64,000 bases of DNA from a virus: positions 3,655-67,654 of IMG/VR virus record IMGVR_UViG_3300045738_001392; one strand, given 5' to 3'. Every line of letters starts with the position of its first letter. Position 1 is the first letter of the stretch. The notes beneath the pieces are model-generated. The model ran no database searches and was not told where the DNA came from. It saw only the letters and a program-made list of their open reading frames with translations. The position numbers were made by a program, and so were the translations under genes. Of this stretch, positions 6,182 to 16,093 are shown in pieces.

Positions 6182-6205
6182 AAATGTTATATTATACCAG
6201 AATCT

Positions 6206-6361
6206 ATGAGAACAACATATAAGGGAATCAACAGGGCGCAAGCAATGTATCGATACCGTCAAGTGCTTGAATATCAGAAGCGCAAGGTGGAGAAGAAGCA
6301 GAATAAACTCATGGCGTTGTTCGCTAGACCCTTCCTCTCGTTTCTGAAGCGCAAAGATTGA
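6206..6361 (+). CDS. 51-aa basic protein (not in ORF track)
   Basis: MRTTYKGINRAQAMYRY...LKRKD*; extended -10 TG-t-TATATT at 6185-6193. Confidence 0.55.
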   Translation: MRTTYKGINRAQAMYRYRQVLEYQKRKVEKKQNKLMALFARPFLSFLKRKD

Positions 6362-6556
6362 GCTAGAAGCAAAAAGGGGAACGACTTAATACCCCCCCCC
6401 ATTTTTGATTTTTTTTAAGCGTTGTGTGACACGTTTCTTGCGGGGGGTACCTAATTTCTCTCACCCCGAACCTTTTCAAATATCAAAACATATATATACT
6501 CGGCGCAATTAAAATGCTTGATATAAGAGCAATTGTGAGTGTAATGTATATTAGAA

Positions 6557-7354
6557 ATGCCAGCGTCTAAAAAAAAGTCGGCCAAAAACCTTAAAATCAG
6601 AGGTGATAGAGAACTCGCCGACGAGCTTAATAAAGCAAAAGACAAATTCGTCGTGGAAAATCCAATTAAAAGAAATATAAAATTAAATCAGCTGCCTTGG
6701 ACAGATAAACAAAAAGAGTTTTTTAAGGTAGCTTTGAACTATGAAACCAAAATAGTTTTTGTACGGGGCCCAGCAGGAACAGCCAAAACGCTTTTATCCA
6801 CCTACTGCGCGCTACAATTATTGAATATGAAAGCTATTAATAGCATCATGTACTTAAGGTCTGCCGTTGAAAGTTCAGACAGGAGCCTCGGCTTCTTACC
6901 CGGCGACGCAAATGAAAAATTAAGATTTTATAATTTACCGTTCTTGGACAAACTAGACGAATTGCTGATAGCAACTAAAGCGGAAAAACTAGAACAAGAC
7001 CAAAGGATCTCTATGTTCCCTGTTAATTTTGCTAGAGGCATGAATTGGACGAGTAAATGCGTCATACTAGATGAAGCGCAGAATAGCACTAAGAAAGAAA
7101 TTATAACAGTGTTGACAAGGCTAGGCGAAGGAAGTAGATGCTTTGTACTTGCTGACCCCATGCAAACAGATTTGCGAAACGAGTCAGTTCAAGGCGGTTT
7201 TGAAAATTTATATAAAACATTCTCTGACAGCGCGAGCGTGGAAATGGGTATATATTCCTTTAACTTTAATGAAGACGATATCATGAGATCTGAATTGGTT
7301 AAATTTATTATTAAAAGATTAAAGGAACAAGATGAGAATAATAAACTGTCATAA
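6557..7354 (+). CDS. phoH: PhoH-family ATPase
   Basis: GPAGTAKT P-loop, LGFLPGD, ILDEAQN, DPMQTDL, DIMRSELVK motifs. Confidence 0.92.
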   Translation: MPASKKKSAKNLKIRGDRELADELNKAKDKFVVENPIKRNIKLNQLPWTDKQKEFFKVALNYETKIVFVRGPAGTAKTLLSTYCALQLLNMKAINSIMYLRSAVESSDRSLGFLPGDANEKLRFYNLPFLDKLDELLIATKAEKLEQDQRISMFPVNFARGMNWTSKCVILDEAQNSTKKEIITVLTRLGEGSRCFVLADPMQTDLRNESVQGGFENLYKTFSDSASVEMGIYSFNFNEDDIMRSELVKFIIKRLKEQDENNKLS

Positions 7355-8204
7355 TATTTTCATTGAAAACGCTAAATATCAACAAGACAAAACTGGATTT
7401 GAGCTAATAGAGCTACATACAGGTACTATATGGAACTTTGTAAAAGCTGAATTCGTTCGTGGCGAGAATTTAATTGTCTGGGGAGCTCATTGCCAACCCG
7501 AGTGGCTTTTAAATAAGCAAAAAATACATGATTTGAAATATACGATCATGCAAAGTGAGAATGCTGATCAAATAACGTTCGACGCCGCTTATATAAAATT
7601 AGCGCAAAATAATAAAGTCCTAGATTGGAGCCCCAACAATGCAAAAGAATTAAAAAGCAAGCACGACATAGACGTCGATGGTTTTTTTATATTTGAATTT
7701 CCACCTTTTAAAGAAAAAACAGATAAATTGTACGATTTGTTTTTCACAGGAGGAGAATCCCCGGACAGAAAAGAGCTATTAAACAAAATTAAAGAAGATA
7801 ATCCTAATCTTAATTGTCATTTTGATCTGACGCAGGCGGGGGAGACAGAGAACACAAATGACTTTAACGAAGCTATAAGAAATAGCAAATATGTATTAAA
7901 TATTCCATATAAACAAAAACACGCGTTAGCGACGCATAGGATAAACAAGGCACTTTCTATGGGGTGCCAAGTTATATCTCCGCACAGTTCTGATAAACGG
8001 CTTAATGAAATTTATAAAGACCATGTACATTTTGGCGACATACAAGAAGTGATAAAAAATATAGAGAATTTAATACCTAAAAAAACTTGGTCAGAACTTC
8101 TAGACAGTCAGGGCGCAAAGGATTTACTAGAAACGACTCTCGGCGCTAAAACAAATTGTGAAGAATGGTCAATTTGGAGAGAGGAGTATTACAAGAATCA
8201 ATAA
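7332..8204 (+). CDS. glycosyltransferase-like protein (CgeB/YkvP-type GT-B C-terminal domain)
   Basis: YDLFFTG...SKYVLNIPY...HRINKALSMGCQVIS. Confidence 0.55.
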   Translation: MRIINCHNIFIENAKYQQDKTGFELIELHTGTIWNFVKAEFVRGENLIVWGAHCQPEWLLNKQKIHDLKYTIMQSENADQITFDAAYIKLAQNNKVLDWSPNNAKELKSKHDIDVDGFFIFEFPPFKEKTDKLYDLFFTGGESPDRKELLNKIKEDNPNLNCHFDLTQAGETENTNDFNEAIRNSKYVLNIPYKQKHALATHRINKALSMGCQVISPHSSDKRLNEIYKDHVHFGDIQEVIKNIENLIPKKTWSELLDSQGAKDLLETTLGAKTNCEEWSIWREEYYKNQ

Positions 8205-8377
8205 TTTAATATTTTATAGATTTTTTCAGCTAAATGATTAATTTTAACTGCTTGATCAAAAGTTTTAGCGCCGCTGGAGCGTCCTAATTTTTGGTGCTTT
8301 GCTTTTTCTATAATATTTAATGATAATTCTCCAATTTCTTTAAGATCTTTCTTTATACTTTCATTTGGGCTTTTCAT
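8198..8377 (-). CDS. 59-aa hypothetical protein (not in ORF track)
   Basis: MKSPNESIKKDLKEIGELS...KILNY*, overlaps the end of the 8361-8684 ORF. Confidence 0.55.
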   Translation of the reverse strand: MKSPNESIKKDLKEIGELSLNIIEKAKHQKLGRSSGAKTFDQAVKINHLAEKIYKILNY

Positions 8378-8684
8378 TTTTTTGTTTCCTCCATTTGCAA
8401 TGAGTAAATAAAAATTTTGTTAATGCGTTTGCGAAGGCGTACACTTCTTTCTCTGTCCTGTTCCAAAAGAACGCGTGAGTGAATTCATGGATCGCCGTGT
8501 TCAAAGTAGACTTCTGTCCTAGGTGGGGGTTTATGTAGATTCTAGGCGACTCTTCTTCTGGATTATAGCATAGGCCATCTACGGGGCCATAATGCCCGGA
8601 ATTAGGTTTTCTAAAAATTACTTCATATTCATCCCCTTTACAGTTCGTAAACTTAAAGTTCTTCTTTTTCCTTTTCCTTGGCAT
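8361..8684 (-). CDS. small HExxH zinc metallopeptidase-like protein
   Basis: DGLCY...RIYINP...TAIHEFTHAFF...E. Confidence 0.7.
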   Translation of the reverse strand: MPRKRKKKNFKFTNCKGDEYEVIFRKPNSGHYGPVDGLCYNPEEESPRIYINPHLGQKSTLNTAIHEFTHAFFWNRTEKEVYAFANALTKFLFTHCKWRKQKNEKPK

Positions 8685-8892
8685 TTTTTAAAAAAGTTTC
8701 ATAAATTTATTAAGCAGCAAGTTCTAAATTCCCGCATTTTTCCCACTCGGGGGTGTCATAACCTGATTAGCTTCGGTTTTTGAACATCTGCATCTACAAT
8801 AGATTACACTTTTGTTTTAAAATGTACTTGTGGTAAATTTGACGAAATTGATTTGTTTTGTTTTCGATGTTTTTTTGGATATAATTAAGTGT

Positions 8893-9285
8893 ATGAAGAT
8901 TTATTGTCAAAATTGCGGTAAGCCCACCGAGTATAGCGCTATGAACAAGCCGAATTTTTGTTTCAATTGCGGGGGCGCTTTCAGTGAGGGAGGAGCGTCG
9001 AACGCCACCCAACTAGTTAAACAGGAAGCCCCGACACGCGTTAGCGATGGTCTGGAGGACGAAGACGAAGTTACTAGCATACCTAATATCAGCAAGCTGG
9101 AAGTGGAGATCGACGTAGAAAAAGCCGCCTCGGCTACGATGCAAAGTCTTATAGGCACAGCTCAGGAAGGGGTTGTTGAACCTCCCAGAGGTAGTTCTGG
9201 ACTATCTGATGAAGAACTTGTGCGGAGCGTTCTCAAAGAGGGGCGAGCTCTAAAGGGCAAACAGATACCAGATAAAGATGCCTAG
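8893..9285 (+). CDS. zinc-ribbon protein
   Basis: CQNCG...CFNCG; TATAAT at 8880-8885 lies 7 nt before ATG 8893. Confidence 0.75.
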   Translation: MKIYCQNCGKPTEYSAMNKPNFCFNCGGAFSEGGASNATQLVKQEAPTRVSDGLEDEDEVTSIPNISKLEVEIDVEKAASATMQSLIGTAQEGVVEPPRGSSGLSDEELVRSVLKEGRALKGKQIPDKDA

Positions 9286-9964
9286 AAAAAAGAAAGTCAA
9301 ATTCGAAGACTGCATTGGGATAATTGACTCTGAGATCAGAAAAAGACGAGGCAAGTGGAATCTCACTGCCGTGACTTGGATTGACTTCGACGATGTATCC
9401 CAAATTATTCGGATACATATCTTTAAGAAATGGGATTTATACGATTCTTGCAAGCCTTTGCTCCCATGGATTAATCGTATAATTTCCAATCAAATCAAAA
9501 ATATTATTAGAAATAATTACGGTAATTATTCGCGCCCCTGTTTAAAATGCGCAGCCGCCGAAGGAAGTGACTTATGTAATATATATGAAAAACAATGTAA
9601 CGCATGCCCCCTATATGCCTATTGGGAAAAGAATAAGAAAAGAGCTCACGACACAAAATTGCCCTTGCCACTGGAGCATCACGCTAAGGAAGTTTTTAAT
9701 AGATTTGATCAATCCGTAAATGTGGAGCGGGCCGCAGAGGCTCTACATTTGAAAATGAAAGAACAATTAAAGCCCGTGGAATGGAAGGTATACAATTATT
9801 TATATATAGAATACAAGGACGAAAGCGACGTGGCAGATTTAATGGGATATTCTACCTCTGAAAAAAATAGGAGCCCGGGATATAAACAGATTAAGCAGAT
9901 TAAAAAGAAAATTATAAACATCGCCAAAAAAATAGTTAATGGAGGTGAAATAGATATTTTATGA
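9278..9964 (+). CDS. phage sigma70/ECF-like sigma factor with Cys-rich insert
   Basis: Region-2-like DFDDVSQIIRIHIFKKW...PWINRIISNQIKN; region-4-like LKPVEWKVY...ESDVADLMGYS; CLKC..C..CNAC between them. Confidence 0.7.
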   Translation: MPRKKKVKFEDCIGIIDSEIRKRRGKWNLTAVTWIDFDDVSQIIRIHIFKKWDLYDSCKPLLPWINRIISNQIKNIIRNNYGNYSRPCLKCAAAEGSDLCNIYEKQCNACPLYAYWEKNKKRAHDTKLPLPLEHHAKEVFNRFDQSVNVERAAEALHLKMKEQLKPVEWKVYNYLYIEYKDESDVADLMGYSTSEKNRSPGYKQIKQIKKKIINIAKKIVNGGEIDIL

Positions 9965-10608
9965 AAGAAACAATGCTATTATCGAAGAACAGCACAACTT
10001 ATGGAAATTATGAAGAATACTTAGAGGCCCAAACAAGTATAGGCCTAAGTTATGAAAGTGAAAATTATATTTGGAGGGATGGTCAAGAAAGATATGTGAA
10101 AAAAATGTTCTCCGATTTGCCAAGAGATATCAAGATCGCAGATATAGCGTGTGGGGACGGGGTTGGCCTAGAGTGTTTTAAGAATTTAAATTTTACTAGC
10201 GTCGAAGGTTTTGAACTATCGCCCGACAAGGCTGAGAGGGCTAGAAAATATAAGTATCCGATTCACGAAGGAGATATCCACGATTTGTCTTTTATTGAAG
10301 ATGAATATTATGATATTATTTATTCTAGTCATACGTTAGAACACCTTTTGGATCCGCTGTCTGTTTTATCTCAATTTAAAAGAATATTGAAAAAAAATGG
10401 AGACGTATATGTAGTTTTGCCTTACGGAAGTGAAACGGTCATTCAACGAGAACACTGGGTACATTGTGGCGTAGAGAATCTAAGCTTAGATATCGAAGAT
10501 GGTGGGGAAACTCTAAAAAATAAAATTCAAGATATTGGTTTTACTGTGGTGGATAAAAAATTTGATGAATATCGTGAATCTGAAATTTGGTTAAAATTAA
10601 AATTGTAA
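9961..10608 (+). CDS. class I SAM-dependent methyltransferase
   Basis: IADIACGDG, YDIIYSSHTLEH, RILKKNG. Confidence 0.9.
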   Translation: MKETMLLSKNSTTYGNYEEYLEAQTSIGLSYESENYIWRDGQERYVKKMFSDLPRDIKIADIACGDGVGLECFKNLNFTSVEGFELSPDKAERARKYKYPIHEGDIHDLSFIEDEYYDIIYSSHTLEHLLDPLSVLSQFKRILKKNGDVYVVLPYGSETVIQREHWVHCGVENLSLDIEDGGETLKNKIQDIGFTVVDKKFDEYRESEIWLKLKL

Positions 10609-11669
10609 TGGACCTTACCGAAGAACAACAAAAAATAATTTTGGATACATGGAATAAAAACCCATCAGATCCGCCGTCTTTACTAGACCTAATAAAAATG
10701 GTTTTCCCAGATAAAAATATAGACGGTCGCAGTCGAGAGGGGAGGATGGTTAAAGCTTTTTTAGCAACGCACGATTTAAAGGCTAGAGGAGCTCACGAAT
10801 ATCAGCATAAAGAAGCAATAGAGCTTTCTAGAGACCAAGTAGAATTTATACATAATCATTATCCAGATATGGCTCCACTTCAAATTGCCAAGGTACTTTT
10901 CGACGATGACAAATTAGGGCCCCTAAACCAAGAAACTAGAGTTGTCGCCGAGTATGTGAAAGATAATATTGACCGAGAAGCGGTTCACGAAGAGATTTCA
11001 ATGGCATATAAGACCCCGACGACATTTAATTTAATGATGGGTAGAATCAATAAATATATAGCCGAGCCTTATGATAAAGATAAATTAACGCATATACAAA
11101 AGAAAGAAATTACTTCAGCATTGGGATATGTAAGTACCTATAGATTTGGTCATCAAGTTAATCGTTATGGTATTCAAGGAGATAGAGATTTATTCGAATC
11201 AACCTTTATTAGATATATTCACGACAAAGCAGACTTGGCGCAAGAAGAGGTGGACCAATTTATACTCTTATCGACAGAAGTGGTAATTGCATCCAACATT
11301 CAAGATAGAGTAGAAAGACTTAATAGATTACTAGACAACGTATCCGATGATACGGACGGTCGAAGAATTTCGATGGCCCTAGTCGAATCCATTAATACAG
11401 CACAGACGGAATATAATCAATCCGTAAATAGGCAGCAAAAGTTGTTGAGCGATCTAAAAGAAAAACGTAGCGACAAGCTCAAGAAACAAATAAGTGAAAA
11501 TGCTAGTATATTAAATTTAGTAGAAATGTGGAGAGAAGAAGAATCTAGAAATAAGATGATAAAACTTGCCATGCTTAGAAAGGAGGTCGTGAAAAAAGAG
11601 CAACGAAGCCTGAGTTCAATAGACGAGGTCAAAGCTAGAATTCTCGGACTAACTGAGGAGGAATTATGA
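10608..11669 (+). CDS. hypothetical protein with coiled-coil C-terminus (possible small terminase-like subunit)
   Basis: Long coupled ORF upstream of the nuclease and TerL; function inferred from position only. Confidence 0.5.
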   Translation: MDLTEEQQKIILDTWNKNPSDPPSLLDLIKMVFPDKNIDGRSREGRMVKAFLATHDLKARGAHEYQHKEAIELSRDQVEFIHNHYPDMAPLQIAKVLFDDDKLGPLNQETRVVAEYVKDNIDREAVHEEISMAYKTPTTFNLMMGRINKYIAEPYDKDKLTHIQKKEITSALGYVSTYRFGHQVNRYGIQGDRDLFESTFIRYIHDKADLAQEEVDQFILLSTEVVIASNIQDRVERLNRLLDNVSDDTDGRRISMALVESINTAQTEYNQSVNRQQKLLSDLKEKRSDKLKKQISENASILNLVEMWREEESRNKMIKLAMLRKEVVKKEQRSLSSIDEVKARILGLTEEEL

Positions 11670-12619
11670 TCGCTTGTAAGGCGTGCGACAAAGAATTCGA
11701 ATCCGACGGCTCTTTACATAAGCATCTGAGGGCTCACAAAATGAGAATGGCAGAATACTATCAAAAGTATTTTCCCAGATATGATCTATATGATAAAAAA
11801 ATTATAAAATTCAAATCTAAGCAATTTTATTTTGAATCTAATTTTAATGGACGATTAAATCTGAAGAAGTGGCTAAAAGAGCAGCCAGAAGAAACCGCTA
11901 GAGAATATTGTATTAATTTTCTAAAGCACAGAAAAGAAACTAGAAATTTGAAGTATACCCCTAGCCAAGTAGAGATGAGAACTTTAATGTTTCCTCCTAT
12001 CCCGTATATAGATAAATTATTTGGCGATTATTATGAAACGTGCGAAAAACTAGGGCTCGAGAGCAAACACAAAAGATTTCCGCACAAACACTTTCTCGTT
12101 TCTGTCGACGAAGCGAAGCTAAAAGAATACACCATACTCATAGATACCAGAGAACAAAAACCTCTAAAATTTGAATTCCCCGTGGAGGTAGCTACTTTAA
12201 GTTATGGAGATTATGCATTTCGCCATAGAGATGGAGTTGCTCCGCACTACGGGTGTTTGACTTATGTAGAAAGAAAGTCAATTACGGATTTTATCGGGAC
12301 TATGAGCGGCGGGTTAGAGAGATTTAAGAAAGAAATAGAACGAGCAGCAAGCGATGATGCTAATTTAATAGTTTTAGTGGAAGAAAGCTTAAATACGTGT
12401 CGATCGTTTAATTATCAGCCTCATGTCTCGAAAAAGATAAGGGCAACGCCGGAGTTTGTATTCCATAACGTCAGGAGTCTTCTTCAGGAGTATTCAAATG
12501 TACAGTTCCTATTCGTAAAAAATAGGGCCGAAGCTTCTAGAGTTATACAAAAAATTTTTATTAACTCTGGATCAAGCACGTTTGATTTACAATTAATGTA
12601 TGATACAAAAAAAATATAA
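11666..12619 (+). CDS. C2H2 zinc finger plus ERCC4/XPF-family nuclease
   Basis: CKAC..F...L.KHLRAH; IDTREQ, GDY, VERKS..D motifs. Confidence 0.85.
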   Translation: MIACKACDKEFESDGSLHKHLRAHKMRMAEYYQKYFPRYDLYDKKIIKFKSKQFYFESNFNGRLNLKKWLKEQPEETAREYCINFLKHRKETRNLKYTPSQVEMRTLMFPPIPYIDKLFGDYYETCEKLGLESKHKRFPHKHFLVSVDEAKLKEYTILIDTREQKPLKFEFPVEVATLSYGDYAFRHRDGVAPHYGCLTYVERKSITDFIGTMSGGLERFKKEIERAASDDANLIVLVEESLNTCRSFNYQPHVSKKIRATPEFVFHNVRSLLQEYSNVQFLFVKNRAEASRVIQKIFINSGSSTFDLQLMYDTKKI

Positions 12620-14451
12620 TGTGGTATTCTCCAGAAAAATATAGGCCCAAGAACCCAAGGGATTTAAATCAAGAATTTTTAGATTCCTTAAAGGGAGAAT
12701 TAAGCACTAAAGAAGCGAAGATCTCCCTTGCTAAATTTTTGCATCATAATTTGGGTTTCACTACGGAGCTGATATCAGGAATTAAATTGGCCCCCTATCA
12801 GGAAATTACTCTCCGAGGAATGATGGAGCGCAATTTTAGCATGTGCGTGTGGGGCCGTGGTTGCGGTAAGACATTTATCGCCAGCATCTTTGCATTCTTG
12901 TATTGTATATTTAATCCCGGCTCTAAGATACTCATTGCTGGCCCGACGTTTCGTACTGCGAGGTTTATTTTCAATAATATAGAGAAGATGGTAGATACCA
13001 AGGGCGCAGAGCTTCTAATGCAAGCTTTCGGGGCCAAATCAAAAAGGAATGATCAATATGAATGGAAAATTAATGGCGGAACAATTACCGCTATCCCATT
13101 AAGCGGCGAAAAGATTCGTGGTTTTCGCGCCAATGTTCTTCTGCTCGACGAGTATCTACTGCTACCAGAAGATACTATTAAAACGGTTTTGATGCCGTTC
13201 TTGGTCGCCCCGCAGAACATGAAAGAACGCATAGAAGTTAGAGAAATAGAAGACAAGCTCATTGAGGCAGGAAAGATGAAGGAGGACGAAAGAATGGTGT
13301 TCGTAAACGATTCTAAAATGATCGCCCTTTCGTCTGCGAGTTATACTTTCGAAAATTTATATAAGCAGTATAAAGAATGGTTAGATAAAATATACTCCAA
13401 AGAAAAAGGGGAGGCTTCTTATTTTATTTCTCAAATGGGTTACGAGGCTCTGCCAGCTCACATGATCGATACGACGATTATTGAAGAAGCTCAAAATGGA
13501 GGACAAAGTCATTCAAGTTTTCAACGCGAGTATTGTGCTCAATTTACAGATGGTTCTGATTCTTATTACAGCGCAAAGAAAATGCACGAATGCACTGTTC
13601 CTGACGGGCAAAGCCCAACAACAATGATCAAGGGGCACAAGGATAAAAAATATATTTTGGGGATTGATCCTAGTTTCAGTAATAGTCCTTCGTCTGATTT
13701 TTTCGCCATGGCAGTAATAGAGATAGATGAAGAGGCTAATCAAGGCGCTCTAGTTCATAATTACGCGGTGGCTGGTGGTAATTTGAAAGATCATATCAGA
13801 TATCTTTATTATTTACAAAACGCTTTTGACTTTGATTTGATATGTATTGATAATGCTGGTTTTCAATTTATTGATAGCTGCAACGAAACCAAGTGGTTTC
13901 AAAACGATAGAATTAATTTAAAATTTATAGATTTTAATAGTGACAAAGAGGGGTTGGGCTATGAAACGGAAATTAAAGAATTAAAAAAACAATATAATAA
14001 GAGCGAGGGAAAAATAGTATTTAAACAAAATTTTAGTTCTGCATTTATAAGAAAGGCTAATGAACATTTGCAGGCAGCCATAGATCATAAGAAAATTTGG
14101 TTCGCCTCGAAAACGACAGCTAATTCTGGAGAATTTGAGAGGACAGTAGATAAAAAAATTAAAACCACTTTCACAGGCCATGAAACCGTGCTCGATCTCA
14201 TTGAGCATCAAGACAATTTAATTTTTCAAACGAAGCGGCAATGCGCCCTAATTGAAGTTAAGAGTACAGCAAAGGGCACGCAGACGTTTGACCTTCCCCA
14301 GCATTTAAAACGCTCCACAAGCGCAACTAGGGCCCGTAAAGACAACTACACGACTCTTATGCTCGCCAACTGGGCGATGAAATGCTATTTCGACATGCAG
14401 AAAGCTGAAGAACCTCAGTATTTCACTTTTACTCCTAGGATGGTTGGATAA
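12619..14451 (+). CDS. terL: terminase large subunit
   Basis: WGRGCGKT Walker A, IRGFRA..LLLDE Walker B, LGIDP and RKDNY RNase H-like nuclease residues. Confidence 0.92.
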   Translation: MWYSPEKYRPKNPRDLNQEFLDSLKGELSTKEAKISLAKFLHHNLGFTTELISGIKLAPYQEITLRGMMERNFSMCVWGRGCGKTFIASIFAFLYCIFNPGSKILIAGPTFRTARFIFNNIEKMVDTKGAELLMQAFGAKSKRNDQYEWKINGGTITAIPLSGEKIRGFRANVLLLDEYLLLPEDTIKTVLMPFLVAPQNMKERIEVREIEDKLIEAGKMKEDERMVFVNDSKMIALSSASYTFENLYKQYKEWLDKIYSKEKGEASYFISQMGYEALPAHMIDTTIIEEAQNGGQSHSSFQREYCAQFTDGSDSYYSAKKMHECTVPDGQSPTTMIKGHKDKKYILGIDPSFSNSPSSDFFAMAVIEIDEEANQGALVHNYAVAGGNLKDHIRYLYYLQNAFDFDLICIDNAGFQFIDSCNETKWFQNDRINLKFIDFNSDKEGLGYETEIKELKKQYNKSEGKIVFKQNFSSAFIRKANEHLQAAIDHKKIWFASKTTANSGEFERTVDKKIKTTFTGHETVLDLIEHQDNLIFQTKRQCALIEVKSTAKGTQTFDLPQHLKRSTSATRARKDNYTTLMLANWAMKCYFDMQKAEEPQYFTFTPRMVG

Positions 14452-14454
14452 TTA

Positions 14455-14460
14455 GTGTAA
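14455..14460 (+). promoter_or_regulatory. putative late promoter motif GTGTAA (also at 6539, 28834, 32902, 33336, 45496, 58926)
   Basis: Same hexamer 12-25 nt upstream of seven gene starts. Confidence 0.6.
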
Positions 14461-14485
14461 TAAATCATGATTACTAGGAATAAGG

Positions 14486-15742
14486 ATGCCACAAAATCTA
14501 ATTAGACTAAAGCAATTAGACCAATCAGAGCTAGCAGATTATATTCTCGCCACAGCTCCGATAGGGCCGACGGGCGTAATTGGATCGCAAGGCATCACGG
14601 GGGCGACAGGAGACATCGGTCTTACTGGCCCTGCTGGTTTAGCTGGTCCAGCTGGTGGACTGGGAGAGGCGGGACCGAAGGGAGATACGGGGGCGCAGGG
14701 GGCAACACAATACGGCGGACCCACGGGCGAACTGGGACCTATCGGTCCTACTGGCCCCGGTGGACTAAGTCAATTCGGTGGTCCTACGGGACCGCAGGGC
14801 ATAACGGGCCCCGATGGATTAATAGGGCCAACAGGTCCAGAGATTCCCGGTCCGACTGGAGATCAGGGAGCACAAGGTATACAGGGCAACCAAGGCGAGA
14901 TTGGATTGACTGGTCCCACTGGTATAACTGGCTACCAAGGCGATCCGGGAGATAGATACCGATCAACTTCTTATAATACTTTAACGATTCCCTTAAACCC
15001 CACCTCAATACAGCTGACCGTAGAACTGTATTTGGCTTATAGTGCGGGGCAAGAAGTTATAATTGCCTACGATAGCGCCAGAAATTTTTCAGCAATAATA
15101 GATAGCTACGATAGATATACCGGCATCATGTTTGCCACTTCTGTTTATTCTAATGGAACTGGCTCGTATAGTTTCTGGACCGTAAACTTGGCCAAAGCTC
15201 AAGGAAGACAGGGGATCCAAGGGGTAACGGGCCTCAAGGGCAATGTCGGAGGGGTTGTCTTTCAAATTGGTATAGATAATGCTCTCGGATATACTTTTGA
15301 AGGAATTGTCGGCACGAACCCCTCGATGACTCTTATTAGGGGGATGACATACATATTTGAATTTATCGATTCTACCACCTCAATAACTCATCCACTATTT
15401 TTAAAAGACACAAGCGGTAATGACTTAACTTCTTCTCAGGGGGTTTATCAAAATGGAACAGAAAGAATAACTTTCACTATTCCTTATGAGACCCCAAATG
15501 ATCTGCAATATGTTTGCGGTTCTTTCCCTGCTTTTGCTGGATTAATAACCATTTCTGACGCGGGAGGCGTAAGAGGTGCGACGGGAGAAGCTGGAGCCAT
15601 TGGGGTCACGGGGCCAGCTTGGGGCTCGACTGGAGACGCGGGACCGACGGGTGCAACAGGCTTACTTGGGCCCACTGGTCCGAGAAGTGTAATAAATACA
15701 GGAAAATTATTAGAATTAACAATGGTTTTCGCAACAGAATAG
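14486..15742 (+). CDS. collagen-like fibre protein with cupredoxin-like domain
   Basis: Gly-X-Y (GPT/GAT) tracts; LAYSAGQ spacer domain; RGMTYIF..HPLFL..LQYVC. Confidence 0.8.
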   Translation: MPQNLIRLKQLDQSELADYILATAPIGPTGVIGSQGITGATGDIGLTGPAGLAGPAGGLGEAGPKGDTGAQGATQYGGPTGELGPIGPTGPGGLSQFGGPTGPQGITGPDGLIGPTGPEIPGPTGDQGAQGIQGNQGEIGLTGPTGITGYQGDPGDRYRSTSYNTLTIPLNPTSIQLTVELYLAYSAGQEVIIAYDSARNFSAIIDSYDRYTGIMFATSVYSNGTGSYSFWTVNLAKAQGRQGIQGVTGLKGNVGGVVFQIGIDNALGYTFEGIVGTNPSMTLIRGMTYIFEFIDSTTSITHPLFLKDTSGNDLTSSQGVYQNGTERITFTIPYETPNDLQYVCGSFPAFAGLITISDAGGVRGATGEAGAIGVTGPAWGSTGDAGPTGATGLLGPTGPRSVINTGKLLELTMVFATE

Positions 15743-15753
15743 AATGGAATAAA

Positions 15754-16089
15754 ATGATTAGTGGAACGTACATAGGAACGGGAGATTATACCACGCTTTT
15801 GCAGGCGGAGGGTATTAAGCATATAATTATGGGGATTACGTTCTGTAATTCCAACGGACTCTCAGGAGAATTTATAGATTTACACGCAGTTACTAGTGGC
15901 GATACTGCTGGTGGTCATAATCTATTATTTAAAAATTTATATCTCCCACCAGAAGAAACATATAATATGCATCAGCGTATTGTATTGGGTAATGAAGAAA
16001 AAATTGTAGCCAAGACGGCTGGTTCAGTTCATAGCAATACTATTATAAATGCAGTAACAACTTATACAAAATTAGATGGATTAGGATAA
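15754..16089 (+). CDS. small beta-rich fibre-partner protein
   Basis: ATG 15754; ITFCN...LYLPPEETY, similar to the LSIPPDET motif of 58947. Confidence 0.65.
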   Translation: MISGTYIGTGDYTTLLQAEGIKHIIMGITFCNSNGLSGEFIDLHAVTSGDTAGGHNLLFKNLYLPPEETYNMHQRIVLGNEEKIVAKTAGSVHSNTIINAVTTYTKLDGLG

Positions 16090-16093
16090 AATT

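Noticed and set aside
164-6262. Minus-strand ORFs in the early region (e.g. 164-664, 5467-6156)
   Set aside because: Antisense to promoter-led + strand genes and spanning several cassettes
1-6400. CRISPR array or integron attC array as an explanation for the repeats
   Set aside because: Repeats are degenerate promoters separated by 200-1400 bp of ORFs; no constant repeat-spacer period, attC pattern, cas gene or integrase
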